Source of the DNA: a virus
Lineage: Duplodnaviria; Caudoviricetes
Virus record (IMG/VR): IMGVR_UViG_3300028888_000002
Length of the DNA stretch: 64,000 nt
Strand: one strand, 5' to 3'
Shown here: piece by piece, positions 63,413 to 64,000 of the stretch
How the letters are laid out: each line of letters opens with the position of its first letter
Numbering within the stretch: the first letter of the stretch is position 1
The notes under the pieces: generated by a model
The model's input: only the letters and a program-made list of their open reading frames with translations
Databases searched by the model: none
What the model was told of the DNA's origin: nothing
Position numbers and translations under genes: made by a program

Positions 63413-63532
63413 AAATCTTTATTCCGTAAACGTTAAACTTCTGTAATATAGATATAGCACAAGAGCGACTAAAAGATAGAAATGCCGAAGCTATAAAGCC
63501 TCGGCATTCCTTTCTTACGAGGACACAACAAA

Positions 63533-64000
63533 CTATTTGGTAGCGGTCGCACCCTGGACGAACTGCATAAATTCGCCCGATTGGAAAACAAGGGACAAGG
63601 ACGGGGGAGCCGTCGGGTCCATATCCATATAGCAAAGGGTAAAGTCCATAACCTTGTTGGACGCTTCCAACAAGAACGAAGTGTTTACCCAAACTTCGGT
63701 GTTCTGCGGGTCTTCTTCAAGTTCGGTTTCCCACGGGATAGTTTCGGACGCTTCACCGCCTGTCTTTTCGGCATACAGTTCAAGTTCGTCCTTACGGAAC
63801 GTCAAACGCACCATACGGGCATTCTTCTTGTCAACGCCCGAAGCCAGGATAGCCACACGGGACACGGCTTCTGCGATATTGTTCGGAAGACGACCCTTGA
63901 CGAGAACCTTTGCTTTTTCAAATGCGGTCGGGAACGTAGAAAGACCGTCAAACGGATATGCTACGTGGTCCTTACGCTTTGCAGAAAACACGGTGCCGTC
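63533..64000 (-). CDS. sliding clamp (beta-clamp-like), 5' end outside window
   Basis: IAEAVSRVAILAS...VRLTF...GEASETI...VWVNTSFLLEA matches the beta-clamp C-terminal domain. Confidence 0.8.
   Translation of the reverse strand, partial: DGTVFSAKRKDHVAYPFDGLSTFPTAFEKAKVLVKGRLPNNIAEAVSRVAILASGVDKKNARMVRLTFRKDELELYAEKTGGEASETIPWETELEEDPQNTEVWVNTSFLLEASNKVMDFTLCYMDMDPTAPPSLSLVFQSGEFMQFVQGATATK

Larger units (their letters stand above)
1..64000 (-). other. Bacteriophage genome segment (early/accessory genes, tRNA cluster, DNA replication module)
   Basis: Dense co-oriented short ORFs with overlapping start/stop codons, phage-type replication genes, tRNA cluster, repeated promoters; no host housekeeping operons. 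Confidence 0.95.

Noticed and set aside
1-64000. Stop-codon reassignment
   Set aside because: Genes are intact and densely packed in the standard code; TAG, TGA and TAA all end genes; no suppressor tRNA is seen.
1-64000. Host assignment
   Set aside because: Promoter style and composition are only suggestive; no diagnostic evidence in the window.

Overview
64 kb segment of a large lytic-type dsDNA bacteriophage genome, with essentially all genes on the minus strand. The left ~52 kb is an early/accessory region of >100 short, mostly hypothetical ORFs, many in paralogous families and punctuated by a repeated sigma70-type promoter (TTGACA-N17-TATATT) that carries an inverted repeat across the -35 box. 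Recognisable genes there include an N6-adenine MTase, a CoaD-like adenylyltransferase, a SpoVG-like protein, a PNKP-type HAD phosphatase, a DUF2958-like protein, an ASCH protein, a metallophosphoesterase and a sigma-like factor. The right ~11 kb is a replication module: three paralogous MTases, RecA/UvsX, SSB, UvsY-like protein, clamp loader, UDG-fused family A DNA polymerase and a beta-clamp. The top finding is a tRNA operon (Phe, Glu, Ala, Asn, Tyr, Ser plus two aberrant tRNA-like elements) preceded by a promoter, a 28-codon leader peptide made almost entirely of exactly those six amino acids, and mutually exclusive terminator/antiterminator hairpins. This looks like a ribosome-mediated attenuator that would switch phage tRNA supply on when those tRNAs become limiting. 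Also notable: a mini-tmRNA-like Ala-identity RNA, a ~430-nt structured ncRNA candidate, a second promoter class, and apparent avoidance of 4-bp palindromes. All protein family calls are from motif recognition by eye, not database searches.
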